Assembly (NCBI GenBank): GCA_040398005.1
Contig: JBBAUX010000010.1
Coordinates: 1-64,000, forward strand
DNA: 64,000 bases
From: Opitutales bacterium
GTDB lineage: Bacteria > Verrucomicrobiota > Verrucomicrobiia > Opitutales > UBA953
Reading direction: 5' to 3'
Positions 20,506 through 30,553 of this stretch are shown here, one piece after another. A program made the translations under genes and the position numbers. Each line of letters opens with the position of its first letter. Positions within the stretch are counted from its first letter, which is position 1. The notes beneath the pieces were generated by a model. It worked only from the letters and a program-made list of their open reading frames with translations. It ran no database searches and had not been told where the DNA came from.

Positions 20506-20793
20506 TTAGGCGAGTGAGATAACGTCACCTTTTTGAAGGGTAACAATGGCACGGCGAGAAACCGTCTCGGTGTAGTTGGAACCTTCACCTAAACGGCTGC
20601 GGCGAGCTTTTCCTTTACGGATAAGAATGTTCACTTTGATGACAGTCACCTTGAAGTTTGCTTCGATCGCGGTCTTCACTTGGACGCGGTCAGCACCAGG
20701 AAGAATTTCGAAAACATACTTGTTAGCTTCGGCGAGGCCGGAAGCTTTTTCAGTGAGAATAGGGCGACTGATGATGTCGGAAGCGGGCTTCAT
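20506..20793 (-). CDS. rplW: 50S ribosomal protein L23
   Basis: PILTEKA, NKYVF, lies between rplD and rplB. Confidence 0.93.
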   Translation of the reverse strand: MKPASDIISRPILTEKASGLAEANKYVFEILPGADRVQVKTAIEANFKVTVIKVNILIRKGKARRSRLGEGSNYTETVSRRAIVTLQKGDVISLA

Positions 20794-20798
20794 AGTTT

Positions 20799-21425
20799 TT
20801 AGTTTTTGGTGCGTTCGAGCACTTTGGTTAAACCTTCGAGCGTAATCAGAACACGAGGTGTTTTGACTAAATCGAAAGCATTGAGATTAGAAGAGTTCGA
20901 GAAAATCGCACGGTTTAGATTGCGGCTCGCCTTAAGAACTGGCTCGGACCAACTGCAGTCGACCACGAGAAGACGTTTTCCTTCTGGGCTAACATTCTTG
21001 AGAACTTTAGCGAAGAGAGCAGTCTTAGGTTTAGCTAATTCAAAACGCTCGATGACGGCGAGGCCACCATCGGCAGCGAGATCGAAGAGTGCACGTTGGA
21101 GTGCAATTTTCTTGGCTTGAACGGTAATCGTCTTGGACCAATCGCGAGGGCGAGGACCGAAAACAATACCACCTTTGTAAAGTTGAGGAGCGCGCTTGTC
21201 GCCGTGACGAGATCCGCCCGAACCTTTTTGGGGCAGCATCTTCACACCAGAACCAGCGACTTCGCCGTAGTCCTTAGTCTTGGATGTACCTTGACGTTTG
21301 TTCGCTTGGTAAGAAACGATAACCTGCTTTAAGAGTGCAACGCCTTTGTCGCCCTCGAAGGAAGGAATATCGAATTCTTTCTCAGTGAAAGATGCACCGT
21401 CGGATTTATAAACTTTGAGCTTCAT
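20799..21425 (-). CDS. rplD: 50S ribosomal protein L4
   Basis: RQGT..TK...EVAGSG.K...QKG, GG.VFGPRPR. Confidence 0.95.
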   Translation of the reverse strand: MKLKVYKSDGASFTEKEFDIPSFEGDKGVALLKQVIVSYQANKRQGTSKTKDYGEVAGSGVKMLPQKGSGGSRHGDKRAPQLYKGGIVFGPRPRDWSKTITVQAKKIALQRALFDLAADGGLAVIERFELAKPKTALFAKVLKNVSPEGKRLLVVDCSWSEPVLKASRNLNRAIFSNSSNLNAFDLVKTPRVLITLEGLTKVLERTKN

Positions 21426-21448
21426 ATCAGCAAATAGTGGTTAGAGTT

Positions 21449-22081
21449 TTACTTGGATTTTTTGGCGGGGCGGACGAGCACAAGCTCGCCATTAGCACCA
21501 GGGAAACTTCCCTTGATAAGGAGGAGATTCTTCTCGGCGAGCACTTGCACGACGCGAAGGTTTTGCACAGTGCGACGCACTGCACCCATGTGACCAGGCA
21601 TACGCTTTCCCTTGAAAACGTGACCAGGGGTTTGACGCATACCGATCGAACCAATTCGGCGGTGCATCATGTGTCCGTGCGAATCAGGCTGACCCGACAT
21701 GTCGTGGCGCTTCATGACGCCTTGGAAACCACGGCCCTTAACGGTGCCGATAACGTCGACCATTTGGCCCGCGGTAAATTTTTCGACAGTGAAGACATCA
21801 CCGACTTTAACTTCCGTAGCAGCCGTGAGGCGAATTTCCTGTAAATGATTGTGGGCGGAGACGCCGGCCTTTTTCAAGTGGCCGATTTCGCCCGCAGAGA
21901 GACGACTCTCTTTGTTGGCACCGAAACCGATTTGCACGGCATGGTAGCCATCAGTTTCGACGGTCTTGACCTGGGTGACAGGACAAGGACCAGCTTGGAC
22001 GACCGTAACAGGGACGAGGTTATTCTCCGCGTCATAGACCTGGGTCATTCCGATTTTTTTACCGAGTAGTTGGTGTTTCAT
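21449..22081 (-). CDS. rplC: 50S ribosomal protein L3
   Basis: LGKKIGMTQV, KGRGFQGVMKRH, KGKRMPGHMG. Confidence 0.97.
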   Translation of the reverse strand: MKHQLLGKKIGMTQVYDAENNLVPVTVVQAGPCPVTQVKTVETDGYHAVQIGFGANKESRLSAGEIGHLKKAGVSAHNHLQEIRLTAATEVKVGDVFTVEKFTAGQMVDVIGTVKGRGFQGVMKRHDMSGQPDSHGHMMHRRIGSIGMRQTPGHVFKGKRMPGHMGAVRRTVQNLRVVQVLAEKNLLLIKGSFPGANGELVLVRPAKKSK

Positions 22082-22091
22082 TTTCTAAGAG

Positions 22092-22181
22092 GCAGGTGAC
22101 TTCGTGAGAAGTCGTTGGGTCAGTGATGACCTGCTTTAGGCTTTGGATGTCCTTACGGAATCTTTGGTCCTGTTGGCCTGC
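22092..22181 (-). promoter_or_regulatory. structured intercistronic RNA between rpsJ and rplC (candidate r-protein leader)
   Basis: Three short hairpins (22098-22113, 22118-22131, 22150-22159) plus GCAGG/CCTGC long-range pairing. Confidence 0.4.
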
Positions 22182-22209
22182 GTTTGAGGGTTGAGGTGAA
22201 GGTTAAGGG

Positions 22210-22521
22210 TTAAGCGATGATGTTGATATTCACGCCGGATGGCATGTTGAGCTTGCGCAACTCATCAACAGTTTGGGCATTGGGTTCGATGATTTCGATG
22301 AGACGCTTGTGCGTACGAATTTCGAATTGATCCATGGATTTTTTATCAACGTGCGGTGAGCGATTCACGGTCAGACGCTCAATCGAGGTAGGTAAAGGGA
22401 TCGGACCCGAAACACGGGCACCGGTACGCTTAGCAGTGTCGACGATCTCGGTAGCGGATTGATCCACCATGCGGTAATCGAAACCTTTAAGTTTGATACG
22501 AATTTTCATTATGCTGGCCAT
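22210..22521 (-). CDS. rpsJ: 30S ribosomal protein S10
   Basis: [31 protein letters not shown]. Confidence 0.97.
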   Translation of the reverse strand: MASIMKIRIKLKGFDYRMVDQSATEIVDTAKRTGARVSGPIPLPTSIERLTVNRSPHVDKKSMDQFEIRTHKRLIEIIEPNAQTVDELRKLNMPSGVNINIIA

Positions 22522-22549
22522 CGATAAGAATTTTTTAGGGGTTGGTAAA

Positions 22550-24697
22550 TTAGGTTCGAGCAGGAGCGCGAGAAGAAGTCTCGACGACTTGCTTTAAAAT
22601 AGCGGCAGGAACTTGTGCAAAATTGCTTGGTTCCATGGTGTAAGAGGCGCGACCTTTAGAAAGGGAACGTACATCAGTGGCGTAACCAAACATTTCAGCA
22701 AGAGGAACGAGAGCGTTAATATTGCAAAGACCGTTCTTCGTTTCCATGCCTTGGATTTGGCCGCGACGACGATTTAAGTCACCCATGATATCGCCTTGAT
22801 ATTCTTCAGGAGTGACGACTTCGACCTTCATGATTGGCTCAAGTAAAATAGGCTTTGCATCTTTCATCGCTTCCTTGAACGCGAAGATACCAGCCATCTT
22901 GAAGGCCATTTCGTTCGAGTCGACTTCGTGGAAAGATCCAAAAATAATACGGGCTTTGAAATCGATTACTGGATAGCCAGCAACCGTTCCATTATTCGCA
23001 GCTTCGTTGATACCTTCGATGGTTGGCTTGATGTATTCTTTTGGAATTACACCACCAACGATTTCGTTAACAACTTCCTGACCCTTGCCCACGTTAGGCT
23101 CGAGTGTGATTTCGGCGTGACCGTATTGACCACGACCACCGGACTGACGAATAAATTTACCGACGCCTTCCGAGCTAAGCGTAATTGTTTCGCGATAAGA
23201 AATCTGTGGCTTGCCTGATTTCGCTTCGACTTTGAATTCGCGCTTCAAGCGATCGACGATGATTTCTAAGTGCAACTCGCCCATTCCGGAGATGAGGGTT
23301 TGGCCGGTTTCCGGATTAGAGGAAACTTTGAAAGTTGGATCTTCTTTAGCTAAGCGCTGTAAACCAATCGAGAGACGCTCTTGGTCGCCCTTTGAGTTTG
23401 GTTCGATTGACATCGAGATAACTGGATCTGCGAAAGTAGGTGGCTCGAGAACTAAATCGTCTTCGAGGGTGAGTGTATCACCAGTGATTACATCTTTTGG
23501 TCCGATAATCGCACAAATGTCGCCCGAGTAAGCGACGTCGATTTCTTCGCGATCCATCGCACGTAATAACACAATGCGCGAGATACGCTCATTGGAACGA
23601 GTGCGAGGATTATAAAGATTATCACCCTTCTTCAATTGTCCGCGGTAAACACGGAAGAAAACTAATTGGCCCACAAAGGGGTCAGCCCAAAGTTTGAAAC
23701 AGAGACCGGTAACTTTCTGACCATCGTCAGCATTAATTTTTATTTCGGAATCACCGTCGTCGGTAAAGGCACGTTGGCCGCCCATGTCGATAGGGGAAGG
23801 CAAGAAGTCGACAACGCAGTCGAGCAACATTTGGACGCCTTTATTTTTGAAAGCAGATCCAGGAATGACGCCGATGAAATTCATCGAGAGAGTTGCCTTA
23901 CGAATGCTGAAACGGACTTCTTCAATGCTGATTTCTTGTCCTTCTAAATATTTACCAGCTAAAACGTCATCAAAATCAGCGAGAGCTTCGAGTAAGCTAT
24001 CGCGCCATTTCTTGGCTTCATCTTTTTGTTTTTCAGGAATTTCGACGGTGTCGAACTTCATGCCGCGCGGGTCGGTCTCGTCGTACACGTAAGCGACGTT
24101 CTTGATCAAATCGATCATGCCCTTAAAGTCTTCGCCTTGACCGATCGGAATAAACAGAGGGTGGGCGTTACCTTTTAATTTTTGGCGAATGTCATCCACT
24201 GCACCAAAGAAATCTGCACCCGTACGGTCCATCTTATTAACGAAAGCAACACGGGGAACGTGGTACTTGTTCATCTGACGCCAAACAGTTTCCGATTGAG
24301 GCTGAACACCAGCCACCGCACAGAATACCGCCACGGCACCATCTAAAACACGGAGCGAACGCTCCACTTCAGCAGTAAAGTCAACGTGACCAGGAGTATC
24401 GATGATGTTGATACGGTGATCGATTTCGGCATAAGGACCTTCTTTAGTTTTCCAACCAGCAGAAATAGCAGCAGCGGTGATAGTGATACCGCGCTCACGC
24501 TCTTGTTCCATCCAGTCGGTTGTGGCAGTGCCATCATGAACCTCGCCCATCTTGTGTACGACACCCGTGTAGAAAAGAATACGCTCAGTGGTCGTTGTCT
24601 TTCCTGCGTCGATGTGAGCAGCAATGCCGATATTACGCGTATGTTCTAAAGGGAACTTACGGTTCGGAGAGTTGAGTTTGGAAAGAGTGGTGGACAT
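22550..24697 (-). CDS. fusA: elongation factor G
   Basis: [43 protein letters not shown]. Confidence 0.98.
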   Translation of the reverse strand: MSTTLSKLNSPNRKFPLEHTRNIGIAAHIDAGKTTTTERILFYTGVVHKMGEVHDGTATTDWMEQERERGITITAAAISAGWKTKEGPYAEIDHRINIIDTPGHVDFTAEVERSLRVLDGAVAVFCAVAGVQPQSETVWRQMNKYHVPRVAFVNKMDRTGADFFGAVDDIRQKLKGNAHPLFIPIGQGEDFKGMIDLIKNVAYVYDETDPRGMKFDTVEIPEKQKDEAKKWRDSLLEALADFDDVLAGKYLEGQEISIEEVRFSIRKATLSMNFIGVIPGSAFKNKGVQMLLDCVVDFLPSPIDMGGQRAFTDDGDSEIKINADDGQKVTGLCFKLWADPFVGQLVFFRVYRGQLKKGDNLYNPRTRSNERISRIVLLRAMDREEIDVAYSGDICAIIGPKDVITGDTLTLEDDLVLEPPTFADPVISMSIEPNSKGDQERLSIGLQRLAKEDPTFKVSSNPETGQTLISGMGELHLEIIVDRLKREFKVEAKSGKPQISYRETITLSSEGVGKFIRQSGGRGQYGHAEITLEPNVGKGQEVVNEIVGGVIPKEYIKPTIEGINEAANNGTVAGYPVIDFKARIIFGSFHEVDSNEMAFKMAGIFAFKEAMKDAKPILLEPIMKVEVVTPEEYQGDIMGDLNRRRGQIQGMETKNGLCNINALVPLAEMFGYATDVRSLSKGRASYTMEPSNFAQVPAAILKQVVETSSRAPART

Positions 24698-24745
24698 GGG
24701 TCGTAACTGGGAGTTCGGCCTAAAAAGTTAAATTTCGAGAATAGT

Positions 24746-25219
24746 TTACCAGCGAAGGTGAGCAAAGGCGCGATTAGCTTGGGCCATTTTGTGAGTTTCT
24801 TCGCGCTTCTTCACAACGTTACCAGTATTGTTATAGGCATCGACGATTTCCGCAGCGAGTGCTTCCGGCATCGAGGTTCCTTTGCGACCGGCAGCAGATT
24901 GAACTACCCAGCGAAGTGCGATACTGTTTTGGCGCTCGTGGCTGACTTCGACCGGAACTTGGTAAGTAGCACCACCCACGCGGCGGCTTTTTACTTCAAG
25001 CTTAGGACGGCAATTTTCTAAAGCACCCAAAAGTAATTCTACTGGGTTACCTTTAACTAATTTCTCAGAAACTTTTTCGATCGCGCCATAGACAATACTT
25101 TGGGCAATGGATTTCTTACCAGACTTCATCACGATGTTGATGAGTTGGCTGACCAAAGTGCTGCCGTAGCGAGCGTCTGGAAGGTGAATGCGTTTAACTG
25201 CTTTACGACGACGTGACAT
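24746..25219 (-). CDS. rpsG: 30S ribosomal protein S7
   Basis: EVKSRRVGGATYQVP, MAQANRAFAHLRW. Confidence 0.97.
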   Translation of the reverse strand: MSRRRKAVKRIHLPDARYGSTLVSQLINIVMKSGKKSIAQSIVYGAIEKVSEKLVKGNPVELLLGALENCRPKLEVKSRRVGGATYQVPVEVSHERQNSIALRWVVQSAAGRKGTSMPEALAAEIVDAYNNTGNVVKKREETHKMAQANRAFAHLRW

Positions 25220-25247
25220 GAGTAAGTGAGATTCTAAAGTTTAGGAA

Positions 25248-25631
25248 TTAGACTTTCTTTTCCTTCGGACGCTTAACGCCATATTTGGAACGTGAGCGAC
25301 GACGCTTCTCAACTCCCGAACAATCGAGAGGTCCGCGTACGATGTGATAACGAACACCAGGAAGATCTTTCACACGACCACCGCGTACTAAGACGACGGA
25401 GTGTTCTTGGAGCTTGTGGCCTTCATCTGGAATATAAGTAATCACTTCTTGTCCATTCGTCAGACGAACCTTCGCGACTTTGCGTTGCGCCGAATTTGGT
25501 TTCTTCGGAGTACGGATCATCACCTGAACACAGACGCCACGACGGAAGGGCGAGTTGTTCAAGGCGGGTGACTTGGACTTAGCCTTCGGTTGAAGGCGAG
25601 GTTTACGGACGAGCTGGTTGATGGTAGGCAT
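25248..25631 (-). CDS. rpsL: 30S ribosomal protein S12
   Basis: [28 protein letters not shown]. Confidence 0.98.
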   Translation of the reverse strand: MPTINQLVRKPRLQPKAKSKSPALNNSPFRRGVCVQVMIRTPKKPNSAQRKVAKVRLTNGQEVITYIPDEGHKLQEHSVVLVRGGRVKDLPGVRYHIVRGPLDCSGVEKRRRSRSKYGVKRPKEKKV

Positions 25632-25803
25632 GGACCTAAGAAATTAGGGAAAAGAGGGTTGAGGCATAGAAGTCCAAGACCCCCGTGCAAGCGGAAAGTG
25701 CTACGATTTTAAGATTTCTTCAGTCGGGGCCAATTTTTGGGCATTGCGACCGATTTTTTAGAGAGACAAATCCGCCGCGATTGGCAAGGATGAGGCCCCC
25801 AGC

Positions 25804-27636
25804 ATGTTTCGTCTCCTCTCCACACTTGTAATAGCTATTTTAACCCTATGTTCACAGGGTTTTGCCGCTAACGCCGAACCTGAAAAACAGGCTCCGAGTA
25901 ATACCCAAACGCCCACCGCTACCACCCCAAAGGGTACAGTAAAAACCGATAAAACTCTGAAAAATAGCTCCAAGGAGCAAACCGACGCCGAATTGATCCT
26001 CCTCTCCGGCCTGCCCCTCACCAAAGGAGTCGATGCCACTCAATCCTACGTCCGTATTTCGATAATTAAGTCGGACCTAATCGAAGATTCGACCCTTAAA
26101 CAATGGGTCAGACTCGCTTTATCAAAAATCTCAGACCACCCCGAAAGCGCCGCCGCCATCCGTGAAGAGCATCTCATTAGAGTAGGCGACTACTACCTGA
26201 CCCAGGCCCTCGAAGCCCAAAAATTAAATAAGATACCCGAGGCCTATAAAATGGCCCAAATTGCGGTCCGTATTAGCCCGGGTAACACTAAGGCTAAGTT
26301 GTTATTAGCCAATATTTTACATAATAATTATAACCGGACAGAAGATGCAGTGCAAACCCTGCGCCGCGGGCTGGATTATCTCAATATTACCGACACCTTG
26401 GGCAGGGATTATTTGGACCGCTACTTCCAACTTCTACAATCAGTAGAACGCGACGACGAGGTGATCGAACAAAGCCTCCTCATGCTGAAGAACGGAAAAG
26501 ATCTTCCGCAATCCACTCGCCAAACGATTTCTCTAGCCGCTGCCACTTCACTTTACTGGGTCGGTCGCTATGCTGAGTCAGTTAACATGATAAATCTAAA
26601 TGGTCTGGATGAAGAGGCGCGTGGATTACTTTTAAAAGCCCGTGCACTTTTCGACGGCGGCAAAACTACCGAGGCTATCAGTTACCTTGAATCGAAAACC
26701 TCTCAATTTTCCGGTAACGCCAAAGATGCAATCTACGCTCAGCTCGCGCGCTTTCATTTATTAATGGGAAAACCAAAAATTGCTCTCACGGTCACCAATG
26801 AACGGATTGGCTTAGATGAAAAGGCACCCTTCCCGCACTTGCAAAAATTATTAATTCTCGACCGACTCGGACTGAAAGATGACTACGAGAAAGAACTCCA
26901 ACTCATCGCCGAAAAATTTTCGGGAAATTCCGCAGCCATGCTCGCGCTCGCCAATTTTGCCGCGGAACGTGGCTATGAAGGACTGACTTCAACGTTAGCT
27001 AACGTCGCCGCCAATCGGGGCTTTGAACGGGCTACCTTTGTGGCACTCCATCTAGAATCTTTAATCAATGGCGGTCACCCCGATGAAACGATTGCTCAAT
27101 ATAAACAGGTCAATTCCACGGAAAAAGGTTTCTTCACCTCTAATCAATCTATCATCCAAGCACTCCTCGGCGTCGCCTATCATGCCCGTCCGAAAAAAGA
27201 TGATGTCGCAGCGAAGAGCGATCGAAACATTGGCGATCGTTATCTCACCGAATTTTTGAAAACGCCTAATCTCAGTCCCGAAGCTTATCGCTCAGTGGGG
27301 CGACAATTAAAAGCAGCACACGCGAGTGATGCCGCCGTGCGCGTTTTAGAAATAGGTGTGAAATTATATCCAAAATATTCCCAATTGAAGGCTGACTATA
27401 TCGGCGCGCGTATTCTCGCTGGCGCCGTCGATGCTTATGGAACCAGAAAATCTGTAGCCGATGAATTAGAAGAATTATTAAAAATGCGTCGCCCTTCCCC
27501 TCTCATTTGGCACGAAGCACTTTCGTGGTTACGGACGGAAGCAAAACTTTCTAAAGAGCAGGCTAACCGTCTCGAAAAATCTATCGCTCCCTTATCCCGC
27601 CCTGATTTAGATATGAAGGCCCTCGCCGGACGCTAG
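25804..27636 (+). CDS. exported tetratricopeptide-repeat-like helical protein
   Basis: Signal peptide ending GFAA; repeated TPR-like helices such as A..LLA..L...Y..TEDAV..L..GL. Confidence 0.65.
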   Translation: MFRLLSTLVIAILTLCSQGFAANAEPEKQAPSNTQTPTATTPKGTVKTDKTLKNSSKEQTDAELILLSGLPLTKGVDATQSYVRISIIKSDLIEDSTLKQWVRLALSKISDHPESAAAIREEHLIRVGDYYLTQALEAQKLNKIPEAYKMAQIAVRISPGNTKAKLLLANILHNNYNRTEDAVQTLRRGLDYLNITDTLGRDYLDRYFQLLQSVERDDEVIEQSLLMLKNGKDLPQSTRQTISLAAATSLYWVGRYAESVNMINLNGLDEEARGLLLKARALFDGGKTTEAISYLESKTSQFSGNAKDAIYAQLARFHLLMGKPKIALTVTNERIGLDEKAPFPHLQKLLILDRLGLKDDYEKELQLIAEKFSGNSAAMLALANFAAERGYEGLTSTLANVAANRGFERATFVALHLESLINGGHPDETIAQYKQVNSTEKGFFTSNQSIIQALLGVAYHARPKKDDVAAKSDRNIGDRYLTEFLKTPNLSPEAYRSVGRQLKAAHASDAAVRVLEIGVKLYPKYSQLKADYIGARILAGAVDAYGTRKSVADELEELLKMRRPSPLIWHEALSWLRTEAKLSKEQANRLEKSIAPLSRPDLDMKALAGR

Positions 27637-27639
27637 AGC

Positions 27640-28062
27640 ATGTCCAACCTTCAAGAAAAACGCGCGGCTCTCATCGCCGAACTAGAACCGTTCGCTGATC
27701 ACCACGAACGTTTTCAATATGTCATCGACCGAGCAAAATCAGCACCCGGTCTGCCCGCCAATCTAAGACTCGATGTCTTTCTAATCGAAGGATGCACCTC
27801 TAATCTTTGGCTTATCCCCACTACTAAAAATGGCCGCTGTCATTTTCAGTGCGATGCGGACTCCTTAATCACCAAAGGCATCGCCTCGCTGGTTTGTGAG
27901 TTCTATGAAGGCGCAACCACCGAAGAAGTGGCACAAACGGATGCCGACTTCTTAGCTGAAGTGGGCATCACGCAGCATCTTTCTCCGAATCGTCGCAACG
28001 GATTATCAAATTTAGTTTCTAAAATTCGTAATTTTGCCAAAGCCGTATTATCTAGTTCATAA
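27640..28062 (+). CDS. sufE: SufE family Fe-S cluster assembly sulfur acceptor
   Basis: IEGCTSNLW, DADSLITKG, HLSPNRRNGL. Confidence 0.9.
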   Translation: MSNLQEKRAALIAELEPFADHHERFQYVIDRAKSAPGLPANLRLDVFLIEGCTSNLWLIPTTKNGRCHFQCDADSLITKGIASLVCEFYEGATTEEVAQTDADFLAEVGITQHLSPNRRNGLSNLVSKIRNFAKAVLSSS

Positions 28063-28067
28063 TCACT

Positions 28068-28985
28068 ATGAAGGATTCACCGGCTTCGCTTCCTAATCCA
28101 TTTTTAAAATGGCTTTGCTTAAGCGCACTCGCATGGGCGGTGCTGGTTCTGCAAGCCGGTGGATTCACAACCAGCATTCGGGCCGGCATGGCCTTTCTCG
28201 ATTGGCCACTTTCCAACGGCTCACTCAATCCTCCTGGCTGGCTCACCGAAATAGATAAGTTCGCCGAACACTCCCATCGATTAGCAGCAACGGGTTTAGG
28301 TTTATTTTGTATCGCTACCGCCTGGACTCATCGTCGCTGGGAAAAACGACCGCTCATTCGTAAGGCTGCCTACCTACTTTTAGGACTAATTATTCTCCAA
28401 GGTTTACTGGGCGGATTGCGGGTGTTGCTCGATCAATTAAATATCGGTGGAGATGGAAATTTTAAAGCGGTAAGCTTCGCCATAGGCCACGCCGTGAACG
28501 CTCAACTCACCATCGCCGTCTTAGCCATCGTCGCAATGAGTCACACCCAGCTTTGGCAAAATAATTCAAACCACTCTACCCGTTTTGAAATAATCAGTGG
28601 AAGAATTAGTTTAGGACTTTTATTAAGCGTGATAATCATGGGAGCAGTCATGCGCCAAAATCATTTCACTCTTTGGGCAACCCAGCCAACCGCCTACGAA
28701 CTTTTTATCCCTAATGGTAGCGGACTACCCCAGGTGATTAATAGTTTACACCGCGGCGGAGCAATCATCGCCAGCATTCTCGTAATTATTTTTGCTTTGT
28801 CCGGACAACGCCCCGGCCACCGTTGGATTCCGCTATTAGTTCTTTTAACCCTACAAATCACGCTCGGGATTTTGAGCATACAATTACCATTAAATCCCCA
28901 TGTGCGAACGGTTCACCTTGTCATCGGCGCAGCGCTCTTCTCCACTCTCTGTGCCCAAGTTGCTCTGACGCATCGACGGAATTAA
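28068..28985 (+). CDS. ctaA: heme A synthase (COX15/CtaA family)
   Basis: GG.TT...AG.A..DWP, EHSHR, QG.LGG..V; about 8 TM segments; adjacent to heme O synthase. Confidence 0.85.
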   Translation: MKDSPASLPNPFLKWLCLSALAWAVLVLQAGGFTTSIRAGMAFLDWPLSNGSLNPPGWLTEIDKFAEHSHRLAATGLGLFCIATAWTHRRWEKRPLIRKAAYLLLGLIILQGLLGGLRVLLDQLNIGGDGNFKAVSFAIGHAVNAQLTIAVLAIVAMSHTQLWQNNSNHSTRFEIISGRISLGLLLSVIIMGAVMRQNHFTLWATQPTAYELFIPNGSGLPQVINSLHRGGAIIASILVIIFALSGQRPGHRWIPLLVLLTLQITLGILSIQLPLNPHVRTVHLVIGAALFSTLCAQVALTHRRN

Positions 28986-29020
28986 CTTTAACCTTTAATT
29001 AAAATCGCCACCACCAACGT

Positions 29021-29926
29021 ATGAGCTCCAAAGCTGGATCAATCCCCGCCGCCTATTGGGAGCTAACTAAACCACGTTTATCTTTTCTTTCAGTACTGAC
29101 CGCACTCACTGGATATTTCTGTAGTAATCCTCATCCCCAAGGCGGAGTTGACTCCAAGGGACTCGTATCACTCGCACTCGGCACCGCACTCGCCGCAGGA
29201 GGATGTGGGGCGCTTAATATGTGGATGGAACGGCAGGCCGACAGCCAAATGGATCGTACCAAGTTCCGTCCATTGCCCAGTGGTTTGATTAAACCACTCC
29301 ACGCCCTTATTTTTGGAACGTTTTTAAGTATCGTCGGGGTAGGTTTGGTTTGGAAAGGAGCCAACACCTTGGCCGGACTTCTCACCCTCGCGACAGTGGT
29401 CTCCTACTTACTCTTCTATACGCCGCTTAAAACAAAAACAACTTGGTGTACGCTGGTTGGCTCACTCCCAGGCGCGATTCCACCCATCATCGGCACAGCT
29501 ACAAAATTAGGCGCGGTTGACACGATGGGCTGGCTGCTTTTTGCCTTACTCTTCTTTTGGCAAGTTCCCCACTTCATGTCCCTCGCAGTCATGTGTCGGC
29601 AGGATTATGAACGCGGTGGATTTAAAATCGCTACTGTAGCCGATCCGTCTGGGCGGACTGCGGCACTGTGGTCGATTTCATTCATGATTCCGATGCTCTT
29701 CGTGGTAAGCGCCATCGCTCAGCACTTTTTTATCACTGACCCGTCCAGAGGATGGGTGAGCCCTTTTGTTTGGGTGTCTCTCATCGCGAGTGTCATCTTT
29801 TTAAAACTGAGCTTAGATTTTATGTTGCCGCATCGTCGCAATGAAGTCGCCAAACCCTTCTTCCTCGCCTCGATTCTTTATCTCCCAGTTATTTTGCTCA
29901 CCCTTACTCTTAATCGTCTGTTCTAA
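29021..29926 (+). CDS. ctaB: protoheme IX farnesyltransferase (heme O synthase)
   Basis: ELTKPR, D..M.RT..RPLPSG, YTPLK, WQVPHF. Confidence 0.93.
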   Translation: MSSKAGSIPAAYWELTKPRLSFLSVLTALTGYFCSNPHPQGGVDSKGLVSLALGTALAAGGCGALNMWMERQADSQMDRTKFRPLPSGLIKPLHALIFGTFLSIVGVGLVWKGANTLAGLLTLATVVSYLLFYTPLKTKTTWCTLVGSLPGAIPPIIGTATKLGAVDTMGWLLFALLFFWQVPHFMSLAVMCRQDYERGGFKIATVADPSGRTAALWSISFMIPMLFVVSAIAQHFFITDPSRGWVSPFVWVSLIASVIFLKLSLDFMLPHRRNEVAKPFFLASILYLPVILLTLTLNRLF

Positions 29927-29928
29927 CT

Positions 29929-30510
29929 ATGGATCCGCCGGAAGTAAAAGTACGCCTGCGCCAAGAGTTAATAAGTTCACGCGAGTCCCTCAATCCAGCC
30001 CAGCGCGAAGCGGCCGCGATTGCCGCTGAAGCGAAAATTATCCATCTACCCGAATGGCAAAAGGCAAAAGTGGTTTGCCTGTATGCGTCTTTCAAAGGCG
30101 AATTACCCACGACCCAACTTTTGCAAAATCTTTTGCGTTCCGCTAAGAGATGCGTGCTCCCTAAAGTCAATTCGGAGGGAATGCCTGAACTTTATGAGAT
30201 TAAAAGTTTTCAAGACTTAGAACTCTCGTCGTTAGAAATTCTTGAGCCGAAAATAAACTGCCCACGCATCAACCCGACTCAAATCGACTTTTTTCTCGTG
30301 CCTGGCATTGGTTTTGATCGCCGCGGAAATCGCCTGGGGCACGGCGCAGGTTTTTACGATCGGCTACTCGCTCAAGCTAACCCAAAGGCATTTCTTCTCG
30401 GGTATGGTTATGATTTTCAGGTGGTTGATGCTATTCCCCATGAAGCACATGATATTGTGATGCACGCGATAGCTACACCCTCTCAAATAATTTATATTAA
30501 ACCTGCGTAG
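29929..30510 (+). CDS. 5-formyltetrahydrofolate cyclo-ligase
   Basis: VPGIGFDRRGNRLGHGAGFYDR, HD motif. Confidence 0.92.
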   Translation: MDPPEVKVRLRQELISSRESLNPAQREAAAIAAEAKIIHLPEWQKAKVVCLYASFKGELPTTQLLQNLLRSAKRCVLPKVNSEGMPELYEIKSFQDLELSSLEILEPKINCPRINPTQIDFFLVPGIGFDRRGNRLGHGAGFYDRLLAQANPKAFLLGYGYDFQVVDAIPHEAHDIVMHAIATPSQIIYIKPA

Positions 30511-30553
30511 TCGGTTTGCTAAAAATCACTTATGCAGTCCGTTGAGCGGTCCG

